DNA of 32,831 nt from an uncultured Fibrobacteraceae bacterium (GCA_964384825.1 CAYLMM010000031.1:1-32831), one strand, 5' to 3'; shown: positions 1 to 8,780, numbered from the stretch's first letter. Translations and numbers: made by a program. Notes: generated by a model from the letters alone, not told the origin.

Positions 1-1076
1 TCCAGGGACTTCTCGTAGTTGCGGATGGCGGGCCCGGTTTCGCCCGCGGTCATGTAGGCCTCGCCCAGGCTGTCGTAGGCGTTCGCCGATCCGGGTCGGC
101 TGTCGGCGCAGTACTCGAAGTACCCGATCGCCTCTTCGGTCCGCCCCGCCCGCAGCATTTCGTATCCGATCAGGTTGACCCACGCTTCGGATGGCCTGGC
201 CGCGAATCCGTACTTCGCCGCGAGGGCCGCGTACTGGCTGCGCATCCGGTCGGGATCGGCGCCCGGCGCGGTCGCGTCGAAGAGCCATCCGGCGAACAGC
301 CATTCCAGGCCGTCGTAGAAGGCCCGGTACGATGTCGTGGGATGGATGTCGCCGGGCAGGCAGGCGAACTTCCATTCCAATTCCGGCGGGGCCTGCGCCG
401 CGAGCAGCCCGGCGAAGCGGTTCACGGACCTGACGATGTCCACGTTGTAATCCCGGGCGTGCGTGAAGTAGAGGAATCCGTCGAGGGGATCCCGCCGGTC
501 GCAGGCCGCGAGCATCTTTTCGACCAGCATCCCGTCGTTCCGATACAGGCTCGGGCTGGCCGCGATGTGGGCGTCGAAGAGATCCGGATGGTTCAGCAGG
601 GTGTGCACCGTGAAGTATCCGGCCAGGGAATGGCCCATCAGCACGTTGAAATCCTCGGTGCGGTAGCGCTTGTCGATCTGCGGCATCAATTCGTCGCCGA
701 TGAACGCGGTGAACCTTTCGGCCCCGCCAAGGTCGCCTTCGCCGCCCTCGGGATCAGGCAGTCCGGTCATGTCGAGCGTGCGGTGGGTGTTGAGGATCCC
801 GACCACGATCATCGCCGGGGCCGTATTCGCGCCGGCGAGGAAATCCGCCGCCCCCGAGACGTGCAGGAAATGGGTGCGGCCGTCCAGCACGTAGACCACC
901 GGATAGCGATCGGTCCCATCCTCGTATCCGTCGGGCAGATGGACCATCACGCCCCGGTCCTCGCCGAGGACGTCGGAGTGGATGACGATCCTCTCGCCGA
1001 GCACGATCTCCGAATCGCCGGCGCCGGCCGACGGGACGGAGGCGAGGCACAGGCATATCAGCAGCGCGTATTTCAT
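1..1076 (-). CDS. Alpha/beta-hydrolase esterase (esterase D / enterochelin-esterase-like fold) with a C-terminal TPR-like region. The 3' end is truncated by the window edge.
   Basis: Reverse-strand translation starts at the ATG at 1076. The protein begins MKYALLICLCLASVPSAGAG (signal peptide), then contains GHSLAGYF (a GxSxG nucleophile elbow), PVVYVLDG and HARDYNVD. The far C-terminus reads SLGEAYMTAGETGPAIRNYEKSL, which is TPR-like. There is a GAGGAGA ribosome-binding site 8 nt upstream of the ATG. The gene runs off the window edge, so it is not in the ORF track. Confidence 0.7.
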   Translation of the reverse strand, partial: MKYALLICLCLASVPSAGAGDSEIVLGERIVIHSDVLGEDRGVMVHLPDGYEDGTDRYPVVYVLDGRTHFLHVSGAADFLAGANTAPAMIVVGILNTHRTLDMTGLPDPEGGEGDLGGAERFTAFIGDELMPQIDKRYRTEDFNVLMGHSLAGYFTVHTLLNHPDLFDAHIAASPSLYRNDGMLVEKMLAACDRRDPLDGFLYFTHARDYNVDIVRSVNRFAGLLAAQAPPELEWKFACLPGDIHPTTSYRAFYDGLEWLFAGWLFDATAPGADPDRMRSQYAALAAKYGFAARPSEAWVNLIGYEMLRAGRTEEAIGYFEYCADSRPGSANAYDSLGEAYMTAGETGPAIRNYEKSL

Positions 1077-1220
1077 GGGGCGGATCTCCTCTCGCGGGTT
1101 CGGCGGCCTGGATCTCGCCATGCTGCGGTCGTTGGGACGCGGCCGCCCCGAGACCGGCGCATCGCTCAGGCTAGCGTATACGGATCGGCCCCGGATTTGT
1201 TGGAGGATCTTCGTCGCCTC

Positions 1221-2600
1221 TCACCGCCCCTCCGGCGCGCTCCCCCCGTCAAAGAACACTACCGCATCGGCCTGCTCCCTCAACACCGCGCTCGATATCG
1301 ACCCGTTCTGCCGGAACATCCGTTCGCGGTCCAGATAGGCGGCGCCGTCCGCATCGCCATCGAGATCGATCAGAAACCCAGTCCCCACTCCGGCCAGCAG
1401 GCTCTCGACCGTCCCCGGCACCGAAGCCACATCCTCGAAGGCCGCCGGCGAGAGCACCGAGCCGTGCCGCCCGTGGTCGTAGGTCATCCACACCGCGTGG
1501 ATCTCGCCGGGAAAGCGGCGGGCCATATGGGTGCCGATCGAGCGCCACATCGTCGGCGCGGGCGATCCCGGCGGCCCGAAGCGGATGCTCTCGCTGTCGA
1601 GGTTCAGATGCAGGTTGTGGCCCAGCAGGATGATCTTCTCGTCCGCGGGCAGGCCGGCCAGGATCTCGTCGGTCAGCGCGCACATGGCCCGTTCGCGGAC
1701 CGGCAGGGCGGCCATCCATTCCGGGGTGCTCGGTCCGGCCATGGCCGCGTCCAGGAACCGGTAGGCTACGGCCATGTGTCTGAGGAACCGCAGCGTCAGC
1801 TTCGTCGGTTCCAGGCCGATCAGTTCGGCCAGCCGCCCCGAGCGCGGCACCAGATCGGCGTGCAGTTTTTCGAGCCGTCCGGCCTCCTCGAGACGGGATT
1901 CCCCCGGCGCCCTTTCGAGACGGTCGAGGATCTCCCGGACCAGGAGCTGCGACCGCTGATCCGCCAGAAGTTCATCGAGCTCCTCGTACCCCACCGTCGG
2001 CATCATCCCGATGTCGAAACCGAACCAGCGCAGCCGCTTCCCGTCCGGCGGCAGCGCCGCGTTCAGGCTCCGCAACTCGCCCAGGAACCGGTTCTCCTCG
2101 GCCCGGAACGAGGCCCGCAACGCGGGGTTCTCGAAGCCCGCAAAACCCTCGGGCCGGTCGTTGCGATCGGGGCGCTTGCCGCCGGTGTAGCCGTAGAGGG
2201 CCACCCGGTCCAGTTCGCCGGAGTCGCCGGACGCCAGGTAGCGGTCCACGCGCCGGCCGTCGAGGTGGTCCATCTCCATGCCGATCGTCCGCCAGCCGCG
2301 GGCGAACAGCAGGCGGATGAAGCGCAGCCGGTAGTCGTACTTCTCCCTGATCCAGTGGTCCGAGGCGCCCAGGTAGATGATGCGTTTGCCGGCCAGCGCC
2401 TCGTCGAGGTAAGCGGCCAGTTCGCTGTCCTCGATGTTTCCGGCGCCGGGCGCGATGGGGATCCGGGCGCTCTCGGCCCAGCGGACGAATTCCTCGGCCG
2501 CGGTGTCCGCCCCGCCCGCCGCCGGCGCCGGCGCCAAGACGGCCGCGGCCATCGCCGGCAACAGCCATCGGATATGCCGGATGATCCTGTTCCAGTTCAT
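1221..2600 (-). CDS. Secreted protein of the erythromycin esterase (Ere/ChaN/Tiki) family.
   Basis: This gene is the in-frame C-terminal 459 aa of track ORF 1221..3791. It starts at the ATG at 2598-2600 (MNWNRIIRHIRWLLPAMAAAVLAPAPAAG, a signal peptide). The motif IIYLGASDHWIREKY matches the Ere-family lGEatHGt.Ef signature. The upstream 397 aa of the track ORF is Arg/Pro-rich junk, a shadow of the LuxR gene in another frame. Confidence 0.75.
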   Translation of the reverse strand: MNWNRIIRHIRWLLPAMAAAVLAPAPAAGGADTAAEEFVRWAESARIPIAPGAGNIEDSELAAYLDEALAGKRIIYLGASDHWIREKYDYRLRFIRLLFARGWRTIGMEMDHLDGRRVDRYLASGDSGELDRVALYGYTGGKRPDRNDRPEGFAGFENPALRASFRAEENRFLGELRSLNAALPPDGKRLRWFGFDIGMMPTVGYEELDELLADQRSQLLVREILDRLERAPGESRLEEAGRLEKLHADLVPRSGRLAELIGLEPTKLTLRFLRHMAVAYRFLDAAMAGPSTPEWMAALPVRERAMCALTDEILAGLPADEKIILLGHNLHLNLDSESIRFGPPGSPAPTMWRSIGTHMARRFPGEIHAVWMTYDHGRHGSVLSPAAFEDVASVPGTVESLLAGVGTGFLIDLDGDADGAAYLDRERMFRQNGSISSAVLREQADAVVFFDGGSAPEGR

Positions 2601-2776
2601 GTCGTTTTCCCTTCGTCGGGGGAGAAGGCGGCGCGCCGCCCTGCATGCTCGCACCCAGGAAAAGACATCGGACCGGCGTGTTCCATCGCCCTCGGGGGTG
2701 ATTTCGGGGTCCGCGGCGGTGATCATGCCGAAGGGTGAGCGGGGCGTATCCGCGAACGGAATGGCGGGCGGGCGGG

Positions 2777-3700
2777 TCAACGGGCGAGATGCCGCAGCTT
2801 CATGACCAGCTCGAAGCGGCTCTTGACGCCCAACCTCTTGAATATGTTGCGGTTGTGCGTCTTGACGGTGTTCGGCGAGATGAACAGCTCGTCGGCGATC
2901 CGCTGGTTGCCGTAGCCTTGGACGATCAGCGCGACGACCTCGCGCTCGCGGGCCGAGATTCCGGCTTCGTCGAGAATCGTGCCGACATCCGCCAGATCGA
3001 CGGCCGCCTGCCCGCCCGCGGGGGTCGAAAGGAACCGCCGGCCGATGTAGATCGCGGCGACGACGCAGAAGCAGCCGTAGATCAGCGGGGTGGCGAGCAT
3101 GACCCGGTGGCGGGCCAGCAGCAGCACGTCGAGCGGGAACGCGGTCACCAGCACCAGGTTCAGCAGCAGGAGATTGCGGACCACGAGCCGGGCCTCGCCC
3201 GCCAGCCGCCGCAGCGAGACCAGCTTGACGACCGTCGCGTAGACGATCACCAGCAAAAAAAGGATCAGCGACAGGTACATCCAGAATCCCCGGTCCTGCG
3301 CGATCGTTTCGGTGGCCGTGTCGATCCGCAGCGACAGCCGCGACGACACGAGGATGGCCGCCGCCGCGACCGCGGCGATGACCGTGCGGATCCGGCGCGG
3401 ATCGTCCTGGACCAGGGCGTGGGTCAGCGCGGGGATGGCGAAGGCCAGAGCCGCGGTGGAAACCATGGCGACCGCGATGATCGCCAGCAGCACTCCGAAG
3501 GGCGGCTCGTCCACGTTCAGGTTCGTGTAGGAAAGAGCCAGCCCGTAGCTCAGCAGAAAGGCCGTGAACGCGGTGATGTGGAGGATGAAGGCGCCCAGCA
3601 CCCTTTCGCGGGTCCGGACGAAGGCGGACACGGCGACCGCGATGGCCGCCATCGCCAGCAGGATCACCAGCAGGTACAGCAGGATGAAGGCGTGCCCCAC
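2777..3700 (-). CDS. LuxR-family transcriptional regulator with an N-terminal polytopic membrane domain. The start codon is uncertain: either GTG 3700 or the track's GTG 3787.
   Basis: The C-terminus reads REREVVALIVQGYGNQRIADELFISPNTVKTHNRNIFKRLGVKSRFELV, the canonical LuxR/GerE helix-turn-helix. The N-terminal ~250 aa contains about six hydrophobic helices (ILLYLLVILLAMAAIAVAV, AFTAFLLSYGLAL, LLAIIAVAMVSTAALAFAI and others). The GTG at 3698-3700 has an AAAGGA ribosome-binding site 11 nt upstream. The track start at 3787 would add a Pro/Arg-rich 29-aa extension, which is unlikely to be translated. Confidence 0.75.
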   Translation of the reverse strand: MGHAFILLYLLVILLAMAAIAVAVSAFVRTRERVLGAFILHITAFTAFLLSYGLALSYTNLNVDEPPFGVLLAIIAVAMVSTAALAFAIPALTHALVQDDPRRIRTVIAAVAAAAILVSSRLSLRIDTATETIAQDRGFWMYLSLILFLLVIVYATVVKLVSLRRLAGEARLVVRNLLLLNLVLVTAFPLDVLLLARHRVMLATPLIYGCFCVVAAIYIGRRFLSTPAGGQAAVDLADVGTILDEAGISAREREVVALIVQGYGNQRIADELFISPNTVKTHNRNIFKRLGVKSRFELVMKLRHLAR

Positions 3701-3787
3701 GGGAATTCCGGTCCTTTCGTGATGATCCGGGCGCCGGGCGGCAAGGGCGCGAGGCGTTGACGAAGCCGGCAAATTCCAGCATAACAC

Positions 3788-3940
3788 CCATTTTCCCGGT
3801 CAGACAGCAGATTCGGCCCCCGTTTTATTGCGGACAATCTCAATCTTGTATATCTCTGGCGACGTAATTTTCGATCATGACCCCAGCGTCGGAACGCCGC
3901 CCCCGCGGGGAGGCGGACCGATTCCGAGGAGGAATTCCGA
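3788..3940. promoter_or_regulatory. Divergent promoter region between the LuxR gene (minus strand) and ahpC (plus strand). It is an AT-rich island.
   Basis: The locally AT-rich stretch reads ttttattgcggacaatctcaatcttgtatatctctggcgacgtaattttcgatcatga. It contains a candidate -35/-10 pair (TTGCGG, 15 nt, TATATC) upstream of the ahpC GGAGGA ribosome-binding site. No canonical PerR or OxyR box was recognised. Confidence 0.3.
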
Positions 3941-4534
3941 ATGTCGCAGTTCATCGGCCGGCAGGCCCCGGATTTCGAAGCGGCGGCCGTCATGCCCGAC
4001 GGCTCGATCAACGAGACCTTCAAGCTCAGCGACCACCGCGGCAAATACGTGGTCCTGTTCTTCTATCCCCTGGACTTCACCTTCGTCTGCCCGACCGAGA
4101 TCATCGAGTTCAGCCGCAAGGTCGGCGAGTTCGCGGCGCGCGGCGTCGAGGTGGTCGGAGTTTCGGTCGACAGCCAGTTCAGCCACTGGGCCTGGCGCAA
4201 CACCCCGGTCGATCAGGGCGGCATCGGCGATATCGCCTATCCGCTTGTGGCCGACATCACCAAGAGCATCAGCCGCGACTACGGCGTGCTGGCCGACGAC
4301 AGCGTCTCGCTGCGCGGCACCTTCCTGATCGACAAGGAAGGCGTGATCCAGCACATGACCGTCAACAACCTGGGCCTGGGCCGCAACATCGACGAGACCG
4401 TCCGGATGGTCGACGCCCTGCAGCATCTCGAACGGAACGGCGAGGTCTGCCCGGCGGGATGGACCAGGGGCGACGAGGCCATGGCGCCCACCGCCGAGGG
4501 CGTGGCCGGATATCTGGCCAAGCACGGCGCCTAG
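3941..4534 (+). CDS. ahpC: Typical 2-Cys peroxiredoxin (AhpC/Tsa family).
   Basis: The 197-aa product contains the peroxidatic-cysteine motif FTFVCPTE and the resolving-cysteine motif EVCPAGW near the C-terminus. There is a GGAGGA ribosome-binding site 7 nt upstream of the ATG. Confidence 0.95.
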   Translation: MSQFIGRQAPDFEAAAVMPDGSINETFKLSDHRGKYVVLFFYPLDFTFVCPTEIIEFSRKVGEFAARGVEVVGVSVDSQFSHWAWRNTPVDQGGIGDIAYPLVADITKSISRDYGVLADDSVSLRGTFLIDKEGVIQHMTVNNLGLGRNIDETVRMVDALQHLERNGEVCPAGWTRGDEAMAPTAEGVAGYLAKHGA

Positions 4535-4566
4535 ATCAGGCATCGGAGCGGGGGGATGGGGGATCG

Positions 4567-4601
4567 GGCCGGAAGCCTTCGCGCTTCCGGCCTTGAATTT
4601 T
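4567..4601 (+). terminator. Rho-independent terminator of ahpC.
   Basis: A GGCCGGAAGC-cttcgc-GCTTCCGGCC hairpin is followed by TTGAATTTT. Confidence 0.6.
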
Positions 4602-4676
4602 CCGGGCGGGGGCGTTTCCGTTAAGGGGAACCCGCATGGGGGAAACAAGTGCAGCCGGAACCCGCGCAGCCGGAGG

Positions 4677-5621
4677 ATGGATTTGAGCAGGGATGGCCGA
4701 CAGCCGCGTCACGCGGTTCTGGTCTTCGTGGACGGGCTGGGCTGGGGCGGCGCGGATCCGCAGCGGAATCCTTGCCTCACCTACGGCGGCGACGTGTTCC
4801 GCCTCGACGGCGCGCCTCCGGGAGAGGCCTCGGGCGCCGATCCCCGGCCGGCGGCCTGCGGCGGCTGGGCGCGGCCGATCGACGCCTGCCTGGGTGTCGA
4901 CGGCATCCCCCAGAGCGCCACCGGCCAGACCTCGCTGTTCACCGGCGTGAACGCCCAGCGCCGCGTCGGCGGCCACGTGACCGGTTTCCCCTCGCCCTCG
5001 CTGCGCGAGATCCTGCTGGCCGAGTCGATCTTCCTGAAGCTGCGCGACGCCGGCCGCGACGGCATCTTCCTGAACGCCTTCCGGCCGCTGTTCTTCCGGA
5101 TCCCGCGCGAGATGCAGCTGCGCCTCTCGGCCACGACCGTCGCCCACTTGGCGGCCGACCGGCCGTTCTTCGGCATCGGGGACATCCGGGCGGAAAGGTC
5201 GATCTACCAGGAATTCACCAACCGCGAGCTGATCGAGCGCGATTTCGACGTGCCCGAATTCACGCCCGAGAAGGCCGGCGCGATCCTGGCCCGCAACGTC
5301 CCGCTGCGCGACTTCACCCTCTTCGAGTACTTCCAGACCGACCGGGCGGGCCACGCGCAGGACCATGGCCGCATCGAGCGCGAGCTCGACGGCCTGGACC
5401 GTTTCCTGCGGGCCGCGCTGGACGATCTGCTGCCCCGCGGCGACACCCTGGTCGTGCTGACCAGCGACCACGGCAATCTCGAGGACACCGGCACCCGCAG
5501 CCACACCCGCAATCCGGTGCCCCTGCTGGCCTGGGGGCCGGGAGCGGCGGAATTCTGCGCCGGGGTCGAGGCCATCGACCAGGTGGCCCCGGCGCTGCTG
5601 CGCGGGCTGGCGGCGTCCTGA
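4677..5621 (+). CDS. Alkaline-phosphatase-superfamily metalloenzyme (PF01676-like; related to cofactor-independent phosphoglycerate mutase and phosphopentomutase).
   Basis: The motifs VLVFVDGLGWG, GIPQSATGQTSLFTG (a Ser/Thr nucleophile region) and VVLTSDHGNLEDTG (a metal-binding DHG motif) are present. The ATG at 4677 is chosen over the track's TTG at 4593. The GGAGG abuts the ATG, so the start is uncertain by up to 28 codons. Confidence 0.7.
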   Translation: MDLSRDGRQPRHAVLVFVDGLGWGGADPQRNPCLTYGGDVFRLDGAPPGEASGADPRPAACGGWARPIDACLGVDGIPQSATGQTSLFTGVNAQRRVGGHVTGFPSPSLREILLAESIFLKLRDAGRDGIFLNAFRPLFFRIPREMQLRLSATTVAHLAADRPFFGIGDIRAERSIYQEFTNRELIERDFDVPEFTPEKAGAILARNVPLRDFTLFEYFQTDRAGHAQDHGRIERELDGLDRFLRAALDDLLPRGDTLVVLTSDHGNLEDTGTRSHTRNPVPLLAWGPGAAEFCAGVEAIDQVAPALLRGLAAS

Positions 5622-5650
5622 CGCTGCATCCGGGCGGCGCCGTCCCGAAC

Positions 5651-5695
5651 GCGAAAAACGCCGGCCCCCGTGCGGGAGCCGGCGTCGTGATTTCC
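5651..5695. terminator. Hairpin between convergent genes; a putative bidirectional terminator.
   Basis: A GAAAAACGCCGGCCCC-cgtgc-GGGAGCCGGCG hairpin is followed by TCGTGATTTCC. Confidence 0.4.
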
Positions 5696-5709
5696 GGAAC
5701 GCGATGCCG

Positions 5710-6603
5710 CTAGGGGCGCTTGCCCTCCAGGTAGAAGACCTCGAAGACCTTCTTGTGGAAGATCGGGCCGTGGCCGAAGAAACCGTCTTCGCCGAAGAGC
5801 TCGCCGTGGTCGCTCATCACCAGGAAGTAGGTGTTCTTCGGGCAGCGCTCGAGGAACTTGCCGACCACGCCGTCGAGATATTCCACGTTGGCGATCTGCT
5901 TGTCGTAGAAGGCCTTGAACTGCTGGGGCGTGAAGAACTCGTCCTGCGGCTTGTCGGTCATGAACTCCGAGGGGTTCTTCAGGAAATCGTCGAGGTGCTT
6001 GAAGACGCCGTGCACTCCCGAGATGTGGGGCAGGTCCTCGGCCTTCTCGCCGGGGATCAGGTACGGATAGTGCGTCTCGCCGGTGTTGATGAAGAAGAAC
6101 GACGGCTTGTCGTCGCGGAACTTCAGCTGATCGAAGATGGCCCCGAGGTCGTTGTGGCTCGGCGCCAGTTCGTACTTGTCGAAATGCTCGCTCATGCTGG
6201 TCATCGGGTTCAGCACCGGCAGGCTGACCCATCCCTCGCACCAGTACCCGTTCTCCTTCAGGAAGTGGGGCAGCGACAGCTGGGGGACGAACTTGCCGAA
6301 CTCCACGTCCGGGATGTTCAGGCGCGTCGACCAGGTGGCGAATTCCTCGCGGTAGACGTTCGAGGCGAAGACGCCCTTGGGGCTGCGGTGCGGCACCATC
6401 CCCATCAGGAAGGTGTAGTGGCTCGGACTGGTCCAGCTGGCGTAGCTGAAACGCTGCTCGGCGCCCGCGATGCGGTCGAGGTTCGGCGTCCTGGCGGCCA
6501 TGTAGGCGTCGTAGCGGCAGCTGTCGAAGACCAGCAGCACCAGGTTGTTCGGCTTGTCGCCGGCGTGGAAAATCTTCTTCACGTTGTCGATCAGTCCGGC
6601 CAT
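5710..6603 (-). CDS. Hydrolase of the type I phosphodiesterase / nucleotide pyrophosphatase (NPP, PF01663) family. It is cytoplasmic (no signal peptide).
   Basis: The gene starts at the ATG at 6603 (MAGLIDNV) with an AAGGGA ribosome-binding site. LVLLVFDSCRYDAY matches the NPP DGfRxDY motif. WTSPSHYTFLMG matches the Thr-nucleophile PTxTfPNhytl.TG motif. VMSDHGELFGEDGFFGHG is the C-terminal metal site. The protein is unusually rich in Phe, Lys, Tyr and Asn for this genome, yet uses GC-ending codons. Confidence 0.75.
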   Translation of the reverse strand: MAGLIDNVKKIFHAGDKPNNLVLLVFDSCRYDAYMAARTPNLDRIAGAEQRFSYASWTSPSHYTFLMGMVPHRSPKGVFASNVYREEFATWSTRLNIPDVEFGKFVPQLSLPHFLKENGYWCEGWVSLPVLNPMTSMSEHFDKYELAPSHNDLGAIFDQLKFRDDKPSFFFINTGETHYPYLIPGEKAEDLPHISGVHGVFKHLDDFLKNPSEFMTDKPQDEFFTPQQFKAFYDKQIANVEYLDGVVGKFLERCPKNTYFLVMSDHGELFGEDGFFGHGPIFHKKVFEVFYLEGKRP

Positions 6604-6695
6604 GGGTTTTCCCTTCTTGTGACTGGGCCCGCGAACACAGCCATCCATTATGGACTCCCGATGCGGGCGGGGCAAGACCCGGACACAATGTACGG

Positions 6696-6732
6696 CAAAA
6701 GAAACGCCGCCGGCAGGGGAGGGCCGGCGGCG
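6696..6732 (-). terminator. Rho-independent terminator of trxA (minus strand).
   Basis: A perfect 10-bp stem CGCCGCCGGC / GCCGGCGGCG with loop aggggagg is flanked by CAAAAGAAA. On the minus strand the hairpin is followed by TTTCTTTTG. Confidence 0.6.
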
Positions 6733-6775
6733 CGTCTCGGGCAACGGTGGATCCGCGCCATCGTTCTGCGGAGGA

Positions 6776-7099
6776 TCAGATGGCCCCGTCGATGATCTTG
6801 GCGATCTCGTCCTTCGGCTTCAGGCCGACCATGGTGTTGACGACCTTTCCGTCCTTGAACAGCAGCAGCGCGGGGATGCCGCGGATGCCGAACTGCACGG
6901 CCAGGTCCTGGTTGTCGTCGACGTTGACCTTGGCGAACTTCATCTTGCCGTCGTACTCGGCGGCCAGCGATTCGACCGTCGGGGTCAGCATCTTGCAGGG
7001 GGCGCACCAGGGGGCCCAGAAATCGACCAGGACGGGGATGTTGCTCTTGAGGACTTCGTTCTCGAAGGTGCTGTGCTCGATCTTGATGGGCTCGGACAT
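6776..7099 (-). CDS. trxA: Thioredoxin.
   Basis: The 107-aa product has the active site VDFWAPWCAPCK (a WCxPC motif) and a thioredoxin fold. There is a GAGGAG ribosome-binding site upstream. Confidence 0.95.
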   Translation of the reverse strand: MSEPIKIEHSTFENEVLKSNIPVLVDFWAPWCAPCKMLTPTVESLAAEYDGKMKFAKVNVDDNQDLAVQFGIRGIPALLLFKDGKVVNTMVGLKPKDEIAKIIDGAI

Positions 7100-7299
7100 G
7101 GGTGACTCCTCTTGTTCGATCTGTCGTGTCTGCTCTCGGAGAATGCCGCCCGGCTTGCGTCCGGCGGCCGTCGTATTGCGATTCCTATGCCCCGCCTATT
7201 GCAGTCGCCGTGCCAGATCGGTCCGCGATGGTCCCTTGATCGAAGTATTTTCCATCTACTTTTTCAACAACGGCTTGCGGCTTCGTCTGCCGGGTGCGC

Positions 7300-7400
7300 C
7301 GCTCCGATCCGATCCCGCGGAGGATGGCTATGGATGGAAAAAATGTTGCGGCGCAACGTTTCTGTTGCAACACTATCGTTGTATTCCAACACATGCAGGC
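7300..7400 (+). promoter_or_regulatory. Candidate sigma-54-type -24/-12 element (TGG-N9-TTGC at 7335-7349) followed by TGTTGC/GCAACA palindromes, upstream of the sigma-54 activator gene.
   Basis: The sequence tggaaaaaatgttgc has GG and GC separated by exactly 10 nt, as in the TGGCACG-N4-TTGCW consensus. TGTTGCGGCGCAAC (7344-7357) is a near-palindrome and TGTTGCAACA (7363-7372) is a perfect 10-bp palindrome. TTGTATTCCAACA follows. Confidence 0.3.
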
Positions 7401-7412
7401 GGGAGGTTCGTC

Positions 7413-8780
7413 ATGATTGCGAGAGAGAAGGGCGGTGATGGAGCAGGGCTGGGGCGACTCTGCCGGTTCCGGGCCCAGAGCGTCCAGGATATCCTCGACG
7501 CCCTGAGCGAGGGGGTCCTGGTGGTCGATGACCGGCTGCAGATCATCGCGGTGAACCGGGCCGTCGAACTGCTGCTCGGACGCGGGGCCGACGACCTGGT
7601 CGGCCGGAACGTCTGCGAGATCTTCGGCGAGGATTCCTGCCCCCGCGAATGCCTCGACCAGACCCTGCGGACCGGCGAGACGATCTCCGACTACCAGACC
7701 GAGGTCCGGCTCGCCGACGTCCGCCGGGGCCAGGTGCTGATCCGGACGGTCGCCCTGCGCGACGTGAAGAGCGACGACGAGGCTGTGTCCGGGGCGGCGA
7801 TGATCCTGAGCGACGTCTCGGAGGTCGTCAGCCTGCGCAAGGAGGTCGCCCGCCGCCGGTTCGGGGGCATGGTGGGCGAAAACGTGCGGATGAAGCGTCT
7901 CTTCGGCCTGATCGAGGACGTGGCCCCGAGCGACGCTTCGGTTCTGATCCGCGGCGAGACGGGCACCGGCAAGGAGCTCGTGGCCCGCGCCCTGCATTTC
8001 GCCGGTTCGCGGCCCGACGGGCCCTTCGTGATGGTCAACTGCTCGGCGCTGTCGGAAACGCTGCTCGAGAGCGAGCTCTTCGGGCACGTCCGCGGCGCCT
8101 ACACCGGTGCGGTCGCCGATCGCGCCGGCCGCTTCGAGGCGGCATCCGGCGGAACGATATTCCTCGACGAGATCGGGGACATCAGCCCGGTCGTGCAGGT
8201 GAAGCTGCTGCGCGTCCTGCAGGAGAAGGTCGTCGAGCGGGTGGGGGACAACAGGCCGATCCCGGTCGACGTGCGCATCGTCTCGGCCACCAACCGCGAT
8301 CTCGAGGCCCTGATGGCGGCCGGGCGCATGCGCGAGGATTTCTACTACCGGATCAAGGTCGTGGCTCTCGACGTCCCGCCCCTGCGCGAGCGGCGCGAGG
8401 ACATCGCCCTTCTGGTCGAGCATTTCCTCGAGCGGCGCGGCGCGAGCCCGATCGATCCCGAGGCCATGCGTCTGCTGATGGCCTATTCCTGGCCCGGCAA
8501 CGTGCGCGAACTGGAGAACGCGATCGAGCACGCGCTGGTGCTGGCGCGGGGCGGAGTCGTCGGCAGGCGCCATCTGCCCGTCGAAGTTCTCGAAGCCGAT
8601 TCCCGGGAACGTCCGGCACGGCGCCCGCGGCCGCATTCCGATCAGGAGCGCGAGATGATCGCGGCCGCCCTGGACGCCGCCGGCTGGAACCGCAGCCGCG
8701 CGGCCCGGCGTCTGGGCATCGACCGCAGCACGCTCTGGCGCAAGATCCGCGAGTACGGCCTGAAGCCCGAAGACGATTGA
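7413..8780 (+). CDS. Sigma-54-dependent transcriptional activator (bacterial enhancer-binding protein) with an N-terminal PAS sensor domain.
   Basis: The gene starts at the ATG at 7413 (MIAREKGG) with a GGGAGG ribosome-binding site 7 nt upstream. The AAA+ core has GETGTGKE (Walker A), ESELFGHVRGAYTGA (the GAFTGA loop) and GTIFLDEIGD (Walker B). The C-terminal Fis-type helix-turn-helix reads RSRAARRLGIDRSTLWRKIREYGL. The N-terminal 120 aa is PAS-like (ILDALSEGVLVVDDRLQIIAVNRA). Confidence 0.9.
   Translation: MIAREKGGDGAGLGRLCRFRAQSVQDILDALSEGVLVVDDRLQIIAVNRAVELLLGRGADDLVGRNVCEIFGEDSCPRECLDQTLRTGETISDYQTEVRLADVRRGQVLIRTVALRDVKSDDEAVSGAAMILSDVSEVVSLRKEVARRRFGGMVGENVRMKRLFGLIEDVAPSDASVLIRGETGTGKELVARALHFAGSRPDGPFVMVNCSALSETLLESELFGHVRGAYTGAVADRAGRFEAASGGTIFLDEIGDISPVVQVKLLRVLQEKVVERVGDNRPIPVDVRIVSATNRDLEALMAAGRMREDFYYRIKVVALDVPPLRERREDIALLVEHFLERRGASPIDPEAMRLLMAYSWPGNVRELENAIEHALVLARGGVVGRRHLPVEVLEADSRERPARRPRPHSDQEREMIAAALDAAGWNRSRAARRLGIDRSTLWRKIREYGLKPEDD

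Noticed and set aside
342-2738. A 798-aa plus-strand ORF spanning the esterase and Ere genes.
   Set aside because: The translation is Arg/Gly/Pro-rich with no motifs. It is antisense to two well-supported minus-strand genes. It is a typical high-GC shadow ORF.
3701-3787. The N-terminal 29-codon extension of the LuxR ORF given by the track (GTG 3787).
   Set aside because: The extension is Pro/Arg/Ala-rich with no ribosome-binding site. The internal GTG 3700 has an AAAGGA Shine-Dalgarno sequence and begins right at the first transmembrane helix.
5204-6795. Long ORFs 5204..6688 (minus strand) and 5704..6795 (plus strand) overlapping the NPP gene.
   Set aside because: Their products are low-complexity (R/G/P/A). 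The minus-strand frame 5710..6603 carries the NPP catalytic motifs and a ribosome-binding site.
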